A stretch of DNA of 64,000 nt from an uncultured Gammaproteobacteria bacterium (GCA_963848305.1 CAWKDC010000001.1:640001-704000), one strand, 5' to 3'; positions 9,812-20,655 are shown, counted from the stretch's first letter. The notes: generated by a model from the sequence alone, not told the origin. A program made the numbers and translations.

Positions 9812-10527
9812 ATATTAACGATTTGATCAGTGTGATTATCCCCTGTTTCAATGGAGAAAAGTACATTAACGAAGCCATTGAAAGTGTCATTTGTCAGAAA
9901 GACGTTTGTTTTGAAATCATTATTGTAGATGATGGATCAACTGATAACACTTCAAAGATAATCAAACAATATACTGAAAAGAACATCAAATTGTTATACC
10001 AGGCCAATCATGGACAAGGATATGCATTCAATAATGCAATTGGCGTTTCGAATGGAAATTATATTGCTTTTCTTGATCATGATGATTTATTTACGCCGAA
10101 CAAATTATCGCTTCAAATAAACTACATGAAAGATAATCCAGATACGCATTTGGTTTTTGGCATGATAGAACACTTCATCAGTCCTGAGTTACCTGATCAC
10201 ATCAAAACAATACGTCATTGTCCATCAGAACCATTACCAGGTATTGCGCCCTCCACAATGATGTTTAAACGAGAATGCTTTGATATCCTAGGCCCATTTA
10301 ACACCACCTTGAAAGTGGGCTCTCATATTGATTGGCTGATTCGCGCTAAAGAAAAAGGCTTTAATCAATACACTCTTCCACAAGTAGTATCACGGCGCAG
10401 AATACACGATACAAATACCAGCATCATAGAACGACACAATCATGGTCAATATATTCAAATCATCAAAGAAAAACTTGCACGAGAACGACTGAGAAATGCA
10501 CATAATGAGGTTTACCATGAAAAATGA
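9808..10527 (+). CDS. Glycosyltransferase family 2
   Basis: ISVIIPCFNGE, VDDGSTD, FLDHDD, RRRIH. Confidence 0.93.
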   Translation: MNINDLISVIIPCFNGEKYINEAIESVICQKDVCFEIIIVDDGSTDNTSKIIKQYTEKNIKLLYQANHGQGYAFNNAIGVSNGNYIAFLDHDDLFTPNKLSLQINYMKDNPDTHLVFGMIEHFISPELPDHIKTIRHCPSEPLPGIAPSTMMFKRECFDILGPFNTTLKVGSHIDWLIRAKEKGFNQYTLPQVVSRRRIHDTNTSIIERHNHGQYIQIIKEKLARERLRNAHNEVYHEK

Positions 10528-11680
10528 TGACTATTCAGGCAACTGTTGGCCTAAGGATCAACATTTATTATTGATGCAAGCCGCGCTTCTTGACGGTGAT
10601 AAGGCATTAAACGCTTGGCATCAATGGATATCTACGGTCGATATTGACAAGCTTGACTATCCATCCTATCAGATAATCCCTTTGCTCTATCATAATCTTA
10701 AAAAAATGCAGATAAGTCATCCTGCAATGAATATTTTTAAGGGCATTCATCAACGCACCTGGGTTGAGAATCAACGAATGACGATGTTGTTCTCAGATGT
10801 CGTACAACAATTAATATCTCACGGTATCGACGAGATTGTTCTCATGAAAGGCGGGGCAATGATTGCTCTCTACTACCAAGATTTTGGCATGCGACAAATG
10901 GGTGACATCGACTTTCTGGTACGCCCTGAATGTGTTCAACAAGTCATGCAATGCTTAACAGAGCTCGGTTTCAAAGGAGAAAATATCGAGCATAAAATGA
11001 ATACACAACATGCAGTTAATTTAATGTGCGATTCTGCTCCTTTCAAAGGGCTCAATATTGATCTCCATTGGAGTATGCTCTATCAAATACCTCTCCCCAA
11101 CATTGATCCGCATTGGGTGCTCGATGCCGAGAAAACCTCTTTGCATGGTGTTAAATTATTGGCGTTGTCTCCCACACATTTGTTATATCAAACCTGTATT
11201 CATGGCTCAAAATACAGCCCATTGCCGCTCACGCGCTGGGTATTAGATGCCCATACTATTTTATCTCAGAAGAAAAATGTCATTAACTGGGATGCTCTTA
11301 TCGAAAGAGTCGATTATGATCGCACAGTTTTTCCCATGCTCCAAACACTGAGTTTTTTAATCGATCATTTTGATTCCCCTGTCCCCTCACATGTTCTTGA
11401 AAGATTGCGCGCATCACCCATACTGCGCTTTGAAAGATGGCATACACGGTTCAGCCAGCATAAGTGGTTAAGTTTAACACTGATATTCCCCCGTCTCTGG
11501 CATGAGCATCAAAGAATGCTACAAGGTGCATCAACCATAAAAGCGTTGATCAATTTTCCAGTTTTTTTGCAACATAAATTTTCGTTGAACAGCGTTTGGG
11601 CACTATTCTTCTTTTTGCCAACGAAGTCAATCCAGGTTATTCAGTCGAGGATCTTTTCTTTATTTCCCCGCGCGGACTAA
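10517..11680 (+). CDS. Nucleotidyltransferase, NTP_transf_5 family
   Basis: VLMKG...YY...R.MGDIDFLV and IDLHW motifs; start ATG 10517 after GAGG. Confidence 0.85.
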   Translation: MKNDDYSGNCWPKDQHLLLMQAALLDGDKALNAWHQWISTVDIDKLDYPSYQIIPLLYHNLKKMQISHPAMNIFKGIHQRTWVENQRMTMLFSDVVQQLISHGIDEIVLMKGGAMIALYYQDFGMRQMGDIDFLVRPECVQQVMQCLTELGFKGENIEHKMNTQHAVNLMCDSAPFKGLNIDLHWSMLYQIPLPNIDPHWVLDAEKTSLHGVKLLALSPTHLLYQTCIHGSKYSPLPLTRWVLDAHTILSQKKNVINWDALIERVDYDRTVFPMLQTLSFLIDHFDSPVPSHVLERLRASPILRFERWHTRFSQHKWLSLTLIFPRLWHEHQRMLQGASTIKALINFPVFLQHKFSLNSVWALFFFLPTKSIQVIQSRIFSLFPRAD

Positions 11681-13924
11681 ACTACCTAACCCCGCCTCTA
11701 CCAATGCATTTTCAAGTAAAGCGCGTGTTTTGAGAGGATCATCCAATTGCAGTACAAATCCCAATAATGATTGTGCAACTGAGAGGGGAATATTACGTAT
11801 GACCCACTTAACCCGTGTTAAACTCATGGCGTTCATGCTCAAGGAATCGTAGCCCATGGCCAATAACAAAATAACGCTCGCTGGATCACCTGCCATTTCG
11901 CCACAGATGCTGACTGGTTTTCCCTGTGCATGTGCTCCTTCTACCACTTGAATCAATGCTTGTATGACAGCGGGGTGAAATGAATCATATAAATTAGCCA
12001 CACGTGAATTATTTCGATCCACTGCCAACATATATTGTGTCAAATCATTGCTACCAACTGATAAAAAATCGCATTCACTCGCAAATAAACTTGCTTGATA
12101 AACTGCCGATGGGACTTCTACCATAACCCCCACTTGAGGACGATCAATGAGCAGATCTTCCGATTTGACTTCATAATAAGCTTGTTCAATCAGCGCATTG
12201 GCTTCTCGAATTTCACGAACAGCACTGACCATCGGAAGCATAATGCGCAAATTATTAAGCCCACTGCTCGCACGCAACATCGCACGCACTTGTACCATAA
12301 AGATTTCAGGATGATCGAGTGTGATGCGCAAACCGCGCCATCCTAAAAATGGATTTTCTTCTGCAAAGCTAAAATAAGGTAATACTTTATCGCCGCCCAC
12401 ATCCAAGGTCCGCATGGTGACAGGACGTGGATAAAATGCTCGCAGGATTTGTTCATATATTTGACGCTGTTCTTCTTCACTGGGAAAACGTTCCCGAATC
12501 ATGAACGGGACTTCTGTCCGATAAAGTCCAACACCTTCTGCACCCACATTCAAGGAGGAAGGAATATCGGCAACCAATCCTGTATTCACCAGCAAAGGCA
12601 CATGGTGACCGTCAGGCGTGCATGCTGGTTGGTTGTGTAGCGCTTGCAATCCTTCCTGAAATGCCTTCCCTTCCTTCATAAGACGAGAAAATTCTTTGCA
12701 GACGGTCAGCGAAGGAGATAAATGCACTTTCCCATGATAACCATCAATCGCAAGTGTTTGTTTATCAATGCCGCCTAATGGTAATTCGTAGGCGCCCATA
12801 ACCGTTGGAATACCCATAGAACGTGCCAGAATGGCCACATGAGAATTCGATGATCCACGCAAACAGACGATACCGACTAATTTATCAGCGGGAACTTCTG
12901 CCAAATTGGATGCACTGATATCCTCACCCACTAGAATTGTTTGTTCATAATATACCGGCACTTCTTTTTGTTCTGCTTGCAGTTTAGACAGTATGCGCGC
13001 ACCAAGATCTTTCAAATCTGTTGAACGTTCTCGCAAATAAGCATCTTCCATCGATTCAAAATTTAAAATATGTTTTGAGATCACCTCGCGCAGCGCGGCT
13101 TGAGACCAGCATTTTTTGGTCTTGATCACCTCAATAACTTCATCACCCAACCCTGATCGTTCCAGCATGTTGATATAAGCATTGAATAATGCCTGTTCTT
13201 CTGTCGGCAAAGATTTTTTAAGCCGATCGGCAAGTTCACGCATTTCATCACGCGCTGATTGCAATGCTTCTAAAAAGTGATCGATTTCAGCATTCACATC
13301 TTCAATATGACGATCGGGGACGGCATCTAAATCTGCAAGGGGATACACACGTACTGCTGTCCCGATGGCCACACCAGGAGCACCTGCAATCCCTTGAATT
13401 TCTGACTCGCGCTTGGATTTAAAAGCACTGCCATCAATTTCGCTCTCTGTTTTGACTTGCGCAATGATCCCTCCCAGTTGTGCTGACACTGTTAATAAAA
13501 ATGCTTCTTCATTTTCATCAAACGTGCGATTGCCTGACTGTTGCGCCACCAAAATACCCAGCACTTTGCGCTGGTGGATGATGGGGACGCCCAGGAAAGC
13601 GGCATATCTTTCTTCACCGGTTTCAGGAAAATACATATAATTGGGATGATTGACAGCATCTTCAATATTGAGTAATTCTTCTCTTTCGCCAACCAAGCCC
13701 ACTAAACCCTGACCGACATCTATTTTCAACATACCGTCTATGCCAGGGTGATACCCTTTTGAGGCAATCAATGTATAGCAAGCCTCTTTTTCATTTTTGA
13801 GGAAAATCGCACATGCATCCACATGAATGGTTTCACAGACACGTCTCACCACAATACTCAACGCATCTGCAAGACCTGACGCTGCACTCATTTCTTGTGT
13901 GATACGTCGAATGAATTGGATCAT
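11660..13924 (-). CDS. ptsP: PEP-protein phosphotransferase EI-Ntr with GAF domain
   Basis: N-terminal GAF, SHVAILARS, GLYRTE, ENPFLGWRG, GSNDLTQY; downstream of rppH. Confidence 0.96.
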   Translation of the reverse strand: MIQFIRRITQEMSAASGLADALSIVVRRVCETIHVDACAIFLKNEKEACYTLIASKGYHPGIDGMLKIDVGQGLVGLVGEREELLNIEDAVNHPNYMYFPETGEERYAAFLGVPIIHQRKVLGILVAQQSGNRTFDENEEAFLLTVSAQLGGIIAQVKTESEIDGSAFKSKRESEIQGIAGAPGVAIGTAVRVYPLADLDAVPDRHIEDVNAEIDHFLEALQSARDEMRELADRLKKSLPTEEQALFNAYINMLERSGLGDEVIEVIKTKKCWSQAALREVISKHILNFESMEDAYLRERSTDLKDLGARILSKLQAEQKEVPVYYEQTILVGEDISASNLAEVPADKLVGIVCLRGSSNSHVAILARSMGIPTVMGAYELPLGGIDKQTLAIDGYHGKVHLSPSLTVCKEFSRLMKEGKAFQEGLQALHNQPACTPDGHHVPLLVNTGLVADIPSSLNVGAEGVGLYRTEVPFMIRERFPSEEEQRQIYEQILRAFYPRPVTMRTLDVGGDKVLPYFSFAEENPFLGWRGLRITLDHPEIFMVQVRAMLRASSGLNNLRIMLPMVSAVREIREANALIEQAYYEVKSEDLLIDRPQVGVMVEVPSAVYQASLFASECDFLSVGSNDLTQYMLAVDRNNSRVANLYDSFHPAVIQALIQVVEGAHAQGKPVSICGEMAGDPASVILLLAMGYDSLSMNAMSLTRVKWVIRNIPLSVAQSLLGFVLQLDDPLKTRALLENALVEAGLGSLVRAGK

Positions 13925-14403
13925 GAGGACTCTGGAAACAAAATAGGCCTAAAATAATCTAGGGTTTGCTCATACACTTCTTTTTTAAATGCCACAATGT
14001 GCTTGAGCGGGTAATCATACTCTACCCAGCGCCATTCATCGAACTCATGGTGTTCTGCATTCGTCAATGTAACATGCTCATCATCTGATAGCATGCGCAA
14101 TAAAAACCAAATTTGCTTCTGCCCCACATAGCGTTCACCTGAGCTATTCGTCTTTTCAAGCATGAATTGATACGTGACCCATTCTTCTGTTTGCGCTAAA
14201 ATCGTGACATCATCAGGATTTAAACCGACTTCTTCATGCAATTCGCGGTACATGGCCTCTTCCAAGGTTTCCCCGGGCTTTATTCCCCCTTGGGGAAATT
14301 GCCAATTATCCGTGCCTGAGCGTTTGGCAAACAACAATTGATTGTCTTTGTTGCAAATAATGATTCCCACATTGGGGCGATATCCTAGTGCATCCACTGC
14401 CAT
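13921..14403 (-). CDS. rppH: RNA pyrophosphohydrolase (Nudix)
   Basis: GYRPNVGI, WQFPQGG, Nudix box EAMYRELHEEVG, GQKQIWFLL. Confidence 0.95.
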   Translation of the reverse strand: MAVDALGYRPNVGIIICNKDNQLLFAKRSGTDNWQFPQGGIKPGETLEEAMYRELHEEVGLNPDDVTILAQTEEWVTYQFMLEKTNSSGERYVGQKQIWFLLRMLSDDEHVTLTNAEHHEFDEWRWVEYDYPLKHIVAFKKEVYEQTLDYFRPILFPESS

Positions 14404-14412
14404 ATTTGCTCC

Positions 14413-15659
14413 TTACTTTTCGTCTGAACGCGGATCTAGCTGTGTGACTTCAATTGAACTCTGTGGCACTGACACAAATGGCATTTCTTGTTCAGGCTGT
14501 TTTGGCGAGTGCAGACGTTCAATCACACAGGCAGACGCGAGCGCCAAACTCGCTATCCCAATATAAATAAAATATCCTGTTAAATCTGAAATCTGAAGAA
14601 ATGGAACCATGACCAATCGAGCACCGCAACAGAACCCACGGCATAAGCGATATAAAGTACCGCAACAGCAGATAAGACATGTTGCGGATCGATTCTATCG
14701 ATAGTGTAGGCAATGCTAATAGGATATATGAGAAACGAACTTCCCCCTAATAAGAAACATAGCACGCGCAATGCATTGATGTTGTCATAGAAGATGATCA
14801 TGAATGCGCCCACCAGCGCACACATCAATGCGCACCCAGCCAAAACGAAACGCCGATCAAACCTGTCAGATAATTTCCCTATTGGATATTGCATTATTGT
14901 GCCACCCAATATAACAGCAAACATTGCATCTGCCACTGCATTCTCGTGCCCAGCGTAAATCAAAAACTTAGGAATGAAAGCATATATGACTGATAATACC
15001 ATGCCAGATCCAATACAGCCTATCACCCCCAAAGGTGCGCGACGGGTGACGAATGTGAGCGATGCGGTTTCGGTCTTTTCAGCGTGAGGCGGTTTGAATT
15101 TGGTCAGCATCAATGGAAACACGCTGACAGCCGTGCAGCCCGCCATGATAGAAAATAGAAATGTGGCTGATGCACCTGGAATGCCCAGGAGCCACTGGCT
15201 CGAAGCTTGACCTGCATAAAAAGCCAGCATATACACACCCAGCACTTGACCACGATTGTGGGTATTGCTGAGGGCTAACAACCAGCTTTCGATAATGATA
15301 TAAAGACCTGCTAATGCGAAACCAATCACAAAACGCAGAAAAATCCACAGGTACAATTCATACCACAACCCCTGCAATAAATTCGCTGCAATACACATTG
15401 CGGCAAACACGGCATATGCCCGCACATGTTTCAGCGCAACAATGATTTTGGGGCAGAAAAATGAGCCAACAACGACCCCGAGAAACAATGAAGATGACAC
15501 AATGGCGATGGCCAAGTTACTGGCTTGATGACTGTTCATGATCACAGTGGTCAATGAAACCGTGACCCCATTGCCCAACACCAATATTAAAATACTGAGT
15601 AATGGTGCAATGAAAATGAGATAATGTGCGCGCGACATATCAATCACCTTCCTGATCAA
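14413..15659 (-). CDS. MFS transporter (YcaD-like), frameshifted near 14620
   Basis: Multiple TMs, IESWL and GKLSDRFDRR motifs; the last TM continues in ORF 14413-14616. Confidence 0.85.
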
Positions 15660-16728
15660 TCAGGGTACGGCGTACCCGAGGATTCACTGCCGTTGTTAAA
15701 GTATATGGTATGGTATTTGCAGCTTTGGCGACTTCTTCAATCGGCAAACCTTCACCCCACAATACCACATGATCGCCCCGCTTTGCATCTGGCGCATTGC
15801 GCAAATCAATCATCATTAAATCCATGGCCACACGGGCAATCGTCTGGCAGCGCTTGCCATTCACCAAGACAGGCGCGGGCATTGCCAGGTGGCGTGGATA
15901 GCCGTCAGCATAACCCATGGCGATGATACCCACAGGCATGTCTTCTGGGCATTGAATTTCGCCGCCATATCCCAAATTTTCGCCCTTCTTGCGTTGATCC
16001 ACGCGCACCAACACACTGCGCAAAGTCATCACGGGACGCAAACCCAATGAAGCAGCGCTTTTACTGAGAAATGGAGAAATGCCGTATAACATGATGCCAG
16101 GACGCACCCAATCATATTGGGTTTGTGGCCAAGCCATGATCGCCGCTGATTTTGCAAAGCTTTTTTCTTCGGGCAGATCTTTCACCACACTCTGGAATGC
16201 ATCAATTTGCTGCTGAGTGATGGGATGCTCTGGACGTTCCGGCACCACACAATGGCTCATGAGGCGAATACTTTTAACGGAGCGACAAGCTTTCAGACGA
16301 CGATAAGCTGCCATGGACTCGCTCACGGGAAACCCCAGCCGCCCCAAGCCTGTGTCAATTTTTAACCACACATCAAAAACGTGATCGTCAGGCGCATGCT
16401 CGAGCATCTCAAGGTGATCCACATGGTGAACAAGCACACTCAAGCCATATTGAAGATAGATCGGCAAATCGGCCGCATCCATTGGGCCGCACATCACGAG
16501 TATGGGCGTTTGAATCCCCGCTTCACGCAACGTCACTGCTTCGTCTAAGCGCGCCACACCAAAAGCATCTGCATCTTCCAGTGCCTTCGCACAAACAACA
16601 GCCCCATGACCATAGGCATTCGCTTTGATCATCGCCATCACACGAGAGTGGGGGGCATATTCGCGCACGCGTTTAAGGTTATGCTTTAACGCATGAATAT
16701 TGATCTCGAGCTCGGGCGTGTACATCAA
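15640..16728 (-). CDS. alr: Alanine racemase
   Basis: KANAYGHG PLP-lysine motif, KIDTG, RPGIMLYG, GYADG. Confidence 0.96.
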   Translation of the reverse strand: MMYTPELEINIHALKHNLKRVREYAPHSRVMAMIKANAYGHGAVVCAKALEDADAFGVARLDEAVTLREAGIQTPILVMCGPMDAADLPIYLQYGLSVLVHHVDHLEMLEHAPDDHVFDVWLKIDTGLGRLGFPVSESMAAYRRLKACRSVKSIRLMSHCVVPERPEHPITQQQIDAFQSVVKDLPEEKSFAKSAAIMAWPQTQYDWVRPGIMLYGISPFLSKSAASLGLRPVMTLRSVLVRVDQRKKGENLGYGGEIQCPEDMPVGIIAMGYADGYPRHLAMPAPVLVNGKRCQTIARVAMDLMMIDLRNAPDAKRGDHVVLWGEGLPIEEVAKAANTIPYTLTTAVNPRVRRTLIDQEGD

Positions 16729-18107
16729 TAAAAACCATCCTGCGAACCATTACCCGCAAAATTTTCAAACCGGCAAAATTGCCCTTTAAAACCTAACCGC
16801 ACAGTACCTGTGGGACCATTCCGTTGCTTCGCAATGATGATCTCCGCAACCCCTTTTTCGGTCGTTTCTTTATTGTACACCTCATCACGGTAAATAAAGA
16901 CAATCAAATCCGCATCTTGCTCGATGGCGCCTGATTCGCGCAAATCAGACATGACAGGCCGTTTATTGGGACGATGCTCAAGTTCACGATTCAACTGAGA
17001 CAATGCAATCACAGGCACGCGTAATTCTTTCGCCAATAATTTAAGTGATCGTGAAATCTCTGAAATTTCAGTGGTGCGATTCTCTTTGCTGCCCGGCACT
17101 TGCATCAGTTGCAGATAATCGAGGACAATCAATCCCAAATTCCCATATTCGCGCGCTGCACGGCGCGCACGTGCACGCATTTCCGCTGGGCTCAAGCCTG
17201 GAGTATCGTCGATCAACAATGAAGTGCCTGATAAAATTGAGACCGCGGAACTGAACCGTGGCCAATCTTCATCTTGCAATTTACCGGTTCTTAATCGATG
17301 TTGTTCAATTTGCCCGAGTGACGATAGCATGCGCATGGCAAGTTGTTCACCAGGCATTTCCATACTGAATACCAATGCAGTTTTTTTCTCTTTGATCACC
17401 ACATTTTCAACCATGTTCATGGCAAATGTGGTTTTACCCATGGAAGGTCGGCCAGCGACAATCAATAGATCAGACTGCTGCAAGCCTGCGGTGAGTTCGT
17501 CAAAATCGGTGTAACCAGTCGCAAGCCCTGTGACAGTGGTATCAGCGTGATACAGCATATCGATGCGTTCAACTGCTCGCGCCAACAAATTTTTAATGGG
17601 GTTCGGCTCACCTGCTCGGGTTCCTTCTTCTGCGATGCTGAAGACTTTTCGCTCTGCATCGTCAAGCAGTTCAACAGGTGTGCGCCCATTGGTGGTGAAC
17701 GCGCTTTCTGCAATCTCATTACCCACGCGGATGAGTTGCCGCATCACGGAGCGCTCATGGACAATATCTGCGTAAGCAGCCACGTTGGCTGCAGAGGGGG
17801 TATTTTTAGCCAGATCAATCAAGTAGGCAAGCCCACCGGCGTCTTCAAGTTTATTGATTTCTGCCAGGGATTCGGACAGGGTGATAACGTCAATCGGTTG
17901 GCTTTTGCTGGTCAGCAATTGCATGGCACGAAAAATCAGGCGGTGATCGAAACGGTAAAAATCTTTCTCATTCACACGCTCAACCACGCGCTCCCAGGCT
18001 TGGTTGTCCAGCATCAAACCGCCGAGAATAGACTGCTCAGCCTCAATAGAATGGGGAGGGACGCGAGCGTCCTCAAGCATTTGAGAACGCTGTGCTGGCG
18101 TTAACAT
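16725..18107 (-). CDS. dnaB: Replicative DNA helicase
   Basis: PPHSIEAEQS, GRPSMGKT, DYLQLM, SDLRESGAIEQDAD; no intein; start set at ATG 18107. Confidence 0.97.
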   Translation of the reverse strand: MLTPAQRSQMLEDARVPPHSIEAEQSILGGLMLDNQAWERVVERVNEKDFYRFDHRLIFRAMQLLTSKSQPIDVITLSESLAEINKLEDAGGLAYLIDLAKNTPSAANVAAYADIVHERSVMRQLIRVGNEIAESAFTTNGRTPVELLDDAERKVFSIAEEGTRAGEPNPIKNLLARAVERIDMLYHADTTVTGLATGYTDFDELTAGLQQSDLLIVAGRPSMGKTTFAMNMVENVVIKEKKTALVFSMEMPGEQLAMRMLSSLGQIEQHRLRTGKLQDEDWPRFSSAVSILSGTSLLIDDTPGLSPAEMRARARRAAREYGNLGLIVLDYLQLMQVPGSKENRTTEISEISRSLKLLAKELRVPVIALSQLNRELEHRPNKRPVMSDLRESGAIEQDADLIVFIYRDEVYNKETTEKGVAEIIIAKQRNGPTGTVRLGFKGQFCRFENFAGNGSQDGFY

Positions 18108-18135
18108 GGTGTGGTGCCCCTCCCTCCATTTAGAA

Positions 18136-18585
18136 TCAAGCGTCTGAGAGCACTTCCACATGAACAACGGCAGCGACTGACGGATGCAAATGAACATGAA
18201 TCTCATATTCACCGATAAAACGAATGGGGCCGTCGGGCAATGCAATTTGACTGCGTTCTACTTCAACGCCTGCTGCAATAATGGCATCAGCCAGCTCACG
18301 TGAACCCAATGAACCGAACAACTTGCCTTCCTCGCTGACGGCAGCCGTCAGTGATAAGCGCAAAGCATTCAATTTCTCAGCAAGTGCTTGCGCATGTGCC
18401 AATTTTGTAGCTTCTTGTGCAGCCAATTCTGCGCGGTGCGCTTCGAATTTTGCCAAATTGGCAGCGGTTGCAAACACAGCCTTGTGGTGGGGAACCAAGT
18501 AATTACGTGCATAACCAGGTTTCACACGCACTTTGTCGCCCAAGGAACCCAGATGGGTCACTGCTTCCAATAAAATCACTTCCAT
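18136..18585 (-). CDS. rplI: 50S ribosomal protein L9
   Basis: MEVILL...VKPGYARNYL, GKLFGS. Confidence 0.96.
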   Translation of the reverse strand: MEVILLEAVTHLGSLGDKVRVKPGYARNYLVPHHKAVFATAANLAKFEAHRAELAAQEATKLAHAQALAEKLNALRLSLTAAVSEEGKLFGSLGSRELADAIIAAGVEVERSQIALPDGPIRFIGEYEIHVHLHPSVAAVVHVEVLSDA

Positions 18586-18595
18586 CACTCTCACC

Positions 18596-19543
18596 TCATT
18601 TACTCTTAAAATTCGCTAACATGCGACGACGCAAATCTAACCCTGCATCTGCCAACGCAAGCAACACCAAACCGGGTAATATCACCGGCCCCAGTAGCAT
18701 GATGGATGCGTAAAGCAGCAGAAGAACCCACCACCCTTTTCGCTTAAAAGCCACATACCAATGAGCCACTCCAAGCCCCGCAAGCACGAGCAATCCCAAA
18801 GCCACCGCGCTCAGCTGTGAAATGATAACATATTCTGGCGATTGGGAAAGCACTTCCATGCTATTCGGCGAAAAAAAATCTGCCAGAAATGCCACGCCAA
18901 AAAAGACCGCCGCCACTTTGCTCAGCCTGATGTCTTGAAAATCCTTGGCGAAGCCACCTTTGTAATACAATGCTGACTGAAAATAGCGTGACAACAGCAG
19001 GATCATGCTCTGGAATGTAAAATACAAAAACGGCCAAAACAGCATGATCATGAAGGCTGCCTGTTCTAGCGAAATACTATAAAGACTTGATAAAGCATCA
19101 ATTTCTGTGTAACCCATGAGCTCACGGCGGTGCTCAAAGAAGGCGACCATCTTATCAAGATCATAAGGCCCTGACACCAGGTAATTGAACACGATGATAC
19201 CGGCCATGATAAAAGCGCCGGCTTCCAACGCCAGACCCAATTGGCGTGTCGTGCGCAGCACGACAGCCATCAAGCCAATAGGCGCAAAAAGTGACAGGAA
19301 TGGACCAATTGTATAGCTGGCACCGACAAAACTGTAATGCTGTTCGCTTGCGTATGCAGCCGCGAGAACAGCCACATACCCCAGATAACTGAGCAGGCCA
19401 CCCGAGCGCAAAAGCACCAAGGTCGCCAATACAATGCCAAACCAATGGGGACCCGGCAACAAGGCCAGCGCAATGGCAACAGGCATTGCCTGTGCCGGCT
19501 GGCCGATGAAGCGTTCACACCATTGGCGGAATGACATCCACAT
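18596..19543 (-). CDS. DUF2232/YybS-like membrane protein
   Basis: Multi-TM, ends LADAGLDLRRR; conserved position between rpsR and rplI. Confidence 0.75.
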   Translation of the reverse strand: MWMSFRQWCERFIGQPAQAMPVAIALALLPGPHWFGIVLATLVLLRSGGLLSYLGYVAVLAAAYASEQHYSFVGASYTIGPFLSLFAPIGLMAVVLRTTRQLGLALEAGAFIMAGIIVFNYLVSGPYDLDKMVAFFEHRRELMGYTEIDALSSLYSISLEQAAFMIMLFWPFLYFTFQSMILLLSRYFQSALYYKGGFAKDFQDIRLSKVAAVFFGVAFLADFFSPNSMEVLSQSPEYVIISQLSAVALGLLVLAGLGVAHWYVAFKRKGWWVLLLLYASIMLLGPVILPGLVLLALADAGLDLRRRMLANFKSK

Positions 19544-19785
19544 TAGTCCGTATAAGGTATCAATGCCAAATAACGGGCCAACTTGATGGCAGCAGCCATT
19601 TGACGTTGGTAAATAGCGCCAGTACCAGTAATGCGGCTAGGCACAATTTGACCACTTTCAGTGATGTAGTTTCTCAAGAGGTGAAGATCTTTGTAATCGA
19701 TTTCCACTTCTTTCGACTTGAATTTGCAGGACTTTTTACGAAAAGGCGCATTGCTGCCGCCTTGTGATCTAAAATTCTTTGCCAT
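19543..19785 (-). CDS. rpsR: 30S ribosomal protein S18
   Basis: [20 protein letters not shown]. Confidence 0.96.
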   Translation of the reverse strand: MAKNFRSQGGSNAPFRKKSCKFKSKEVEIDYKDLHLLRNYITESGQIVPSRITGTGAIYQRQMAAAIKLARYLALIPYTD

Positions 19786-19798
19786 GATTTATTTCCCC

Positions 19799-20185
19799 TT
19801 AAACTGCTGATTGCTCACTGTTATACTCTTCACGGTGACCGCCATAACCACCGCGGTACTCTTCTTTAGCGGACTTGAGCAGGGCGGAAGGCGTTGTGAC
19901 TGCCTCATCTTTGCTGAGGATCAAACGGCGCAAGATAGCGTCGTTGAAACGGAACAGATTGTCCAGTTCAGCACGGGTGGCTTGATCGCACTCGATATTC
20001 ATGAGGATATAATGGGCTTTGTGGACCTTTTTGATGGGATAAGCCAACTGACGGCGGCCCCAGTCTTCAAAACGGTGGATTTGGCCCTTGGCGGTTTCAA
20101 TCATAGAACGGTAACGTTCAATCATGGCAGGCACTTGTTCGCTTTGGTCAGGGTGAACCAACAACACCACTTCATAGTGACGCAT
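19799..20185 (-). CDS. rpsF: 30S ribosomal protein S6
   Basis: MRHYEVV...[12 protein letters not shown]. Confidence 0.97.
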   Translation of the reverse strand: MRHYEVVLLVHPDQSEQVPAMIERYRSMIETAKGQIHRFEDWGRRQLAYPIKKVHKAHYILMNIECDQATRAELDNLFRFNDAILRRLILSKDEAVTTPSALLKSAKEEYRGGYGGHREEYNSEQSAV

Positions 20186-20190
20186 ATTAA

Positions 20191-20235
20191 CTTCCTCTCG
20201 GTTAAAGCCACCCGACAAGCGGTGTGGCAAGGTGA
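20191..20235 (-). promoter_or_regulatory. S6:S18 ribosomal-protein leader (autogenous control element)
   Basis: Minus strand CCTT-GCCAC...GTGGC-tttaa-CCG-a-GAGG: the outer stem pairs with the SD, and a CCG motif precedes the SD, as in the known rpsF leader. Confidence 0.65.
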
Positions 20236-20339
20236 TAAAGGGGGCATCCTACCACACTTACGGGCTAAAACCAACATATTCTTGAATGTTGGACTATACT
20301 CATGTTAGGTACCTTTTACTTAGCTAAGGAGCTACTATT

Positions 20340-20636
20340 ATGCTTATGTTTACAATGCACATTGCCTTCGCGTTGGGTCTTATCGCTCTGACCTTAGGTC
20401 TTTGCCTCAAGAAATGGTGTTGCTGCTGTAAGTCAAGCTGTGAAACCACAGGTGAAAAAGGCGGCGCGTGCGGCACGTCCAAATGCAGATGCTGGTGTGG
20501 TATGGTGATTGTGATTTTGGCTCTCTTGAGCTTGCTCTGCACCGTTCATACAGGCTACGGATATTGGAAAGCTGGCGAATTCAAAATGCCTGCCCCAATG
20601 GCCACTGAAGAAACGATCAACATGAGCGTTCAATAA
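20340..20636 (+). CDS. Small two-TM membrane protein with Cys-rich loop
   Basis: RBS AAGGAG, two hydrophobic helices flanking WCCCCKSSC...ACGTSKCRCWC; followed by a terminator. Confidence 0.75.
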   Translation: MLMFTMHIAFALGLIALTLGLCLKKWCCCCKSSCETTGEKGGACGTSKCRCWCGMVIVILALLSLLCTVHTGYGYWKAGEFKMPAPMATEETINMSVQ

Positions 20637-20655
20637 CACTCAATTTATTCATCTT

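Noticed and set aside
7222-11680. Bona fide lasso peptide or PQQ biosynthesis cluster
   Set aside because: No lasso cyclase, B2 protease, pqqBCE or radical SAM gene is present in the window.
16725-18107. Intein in DnaB
   Set aside because: Length and motifs are continuous and normal.
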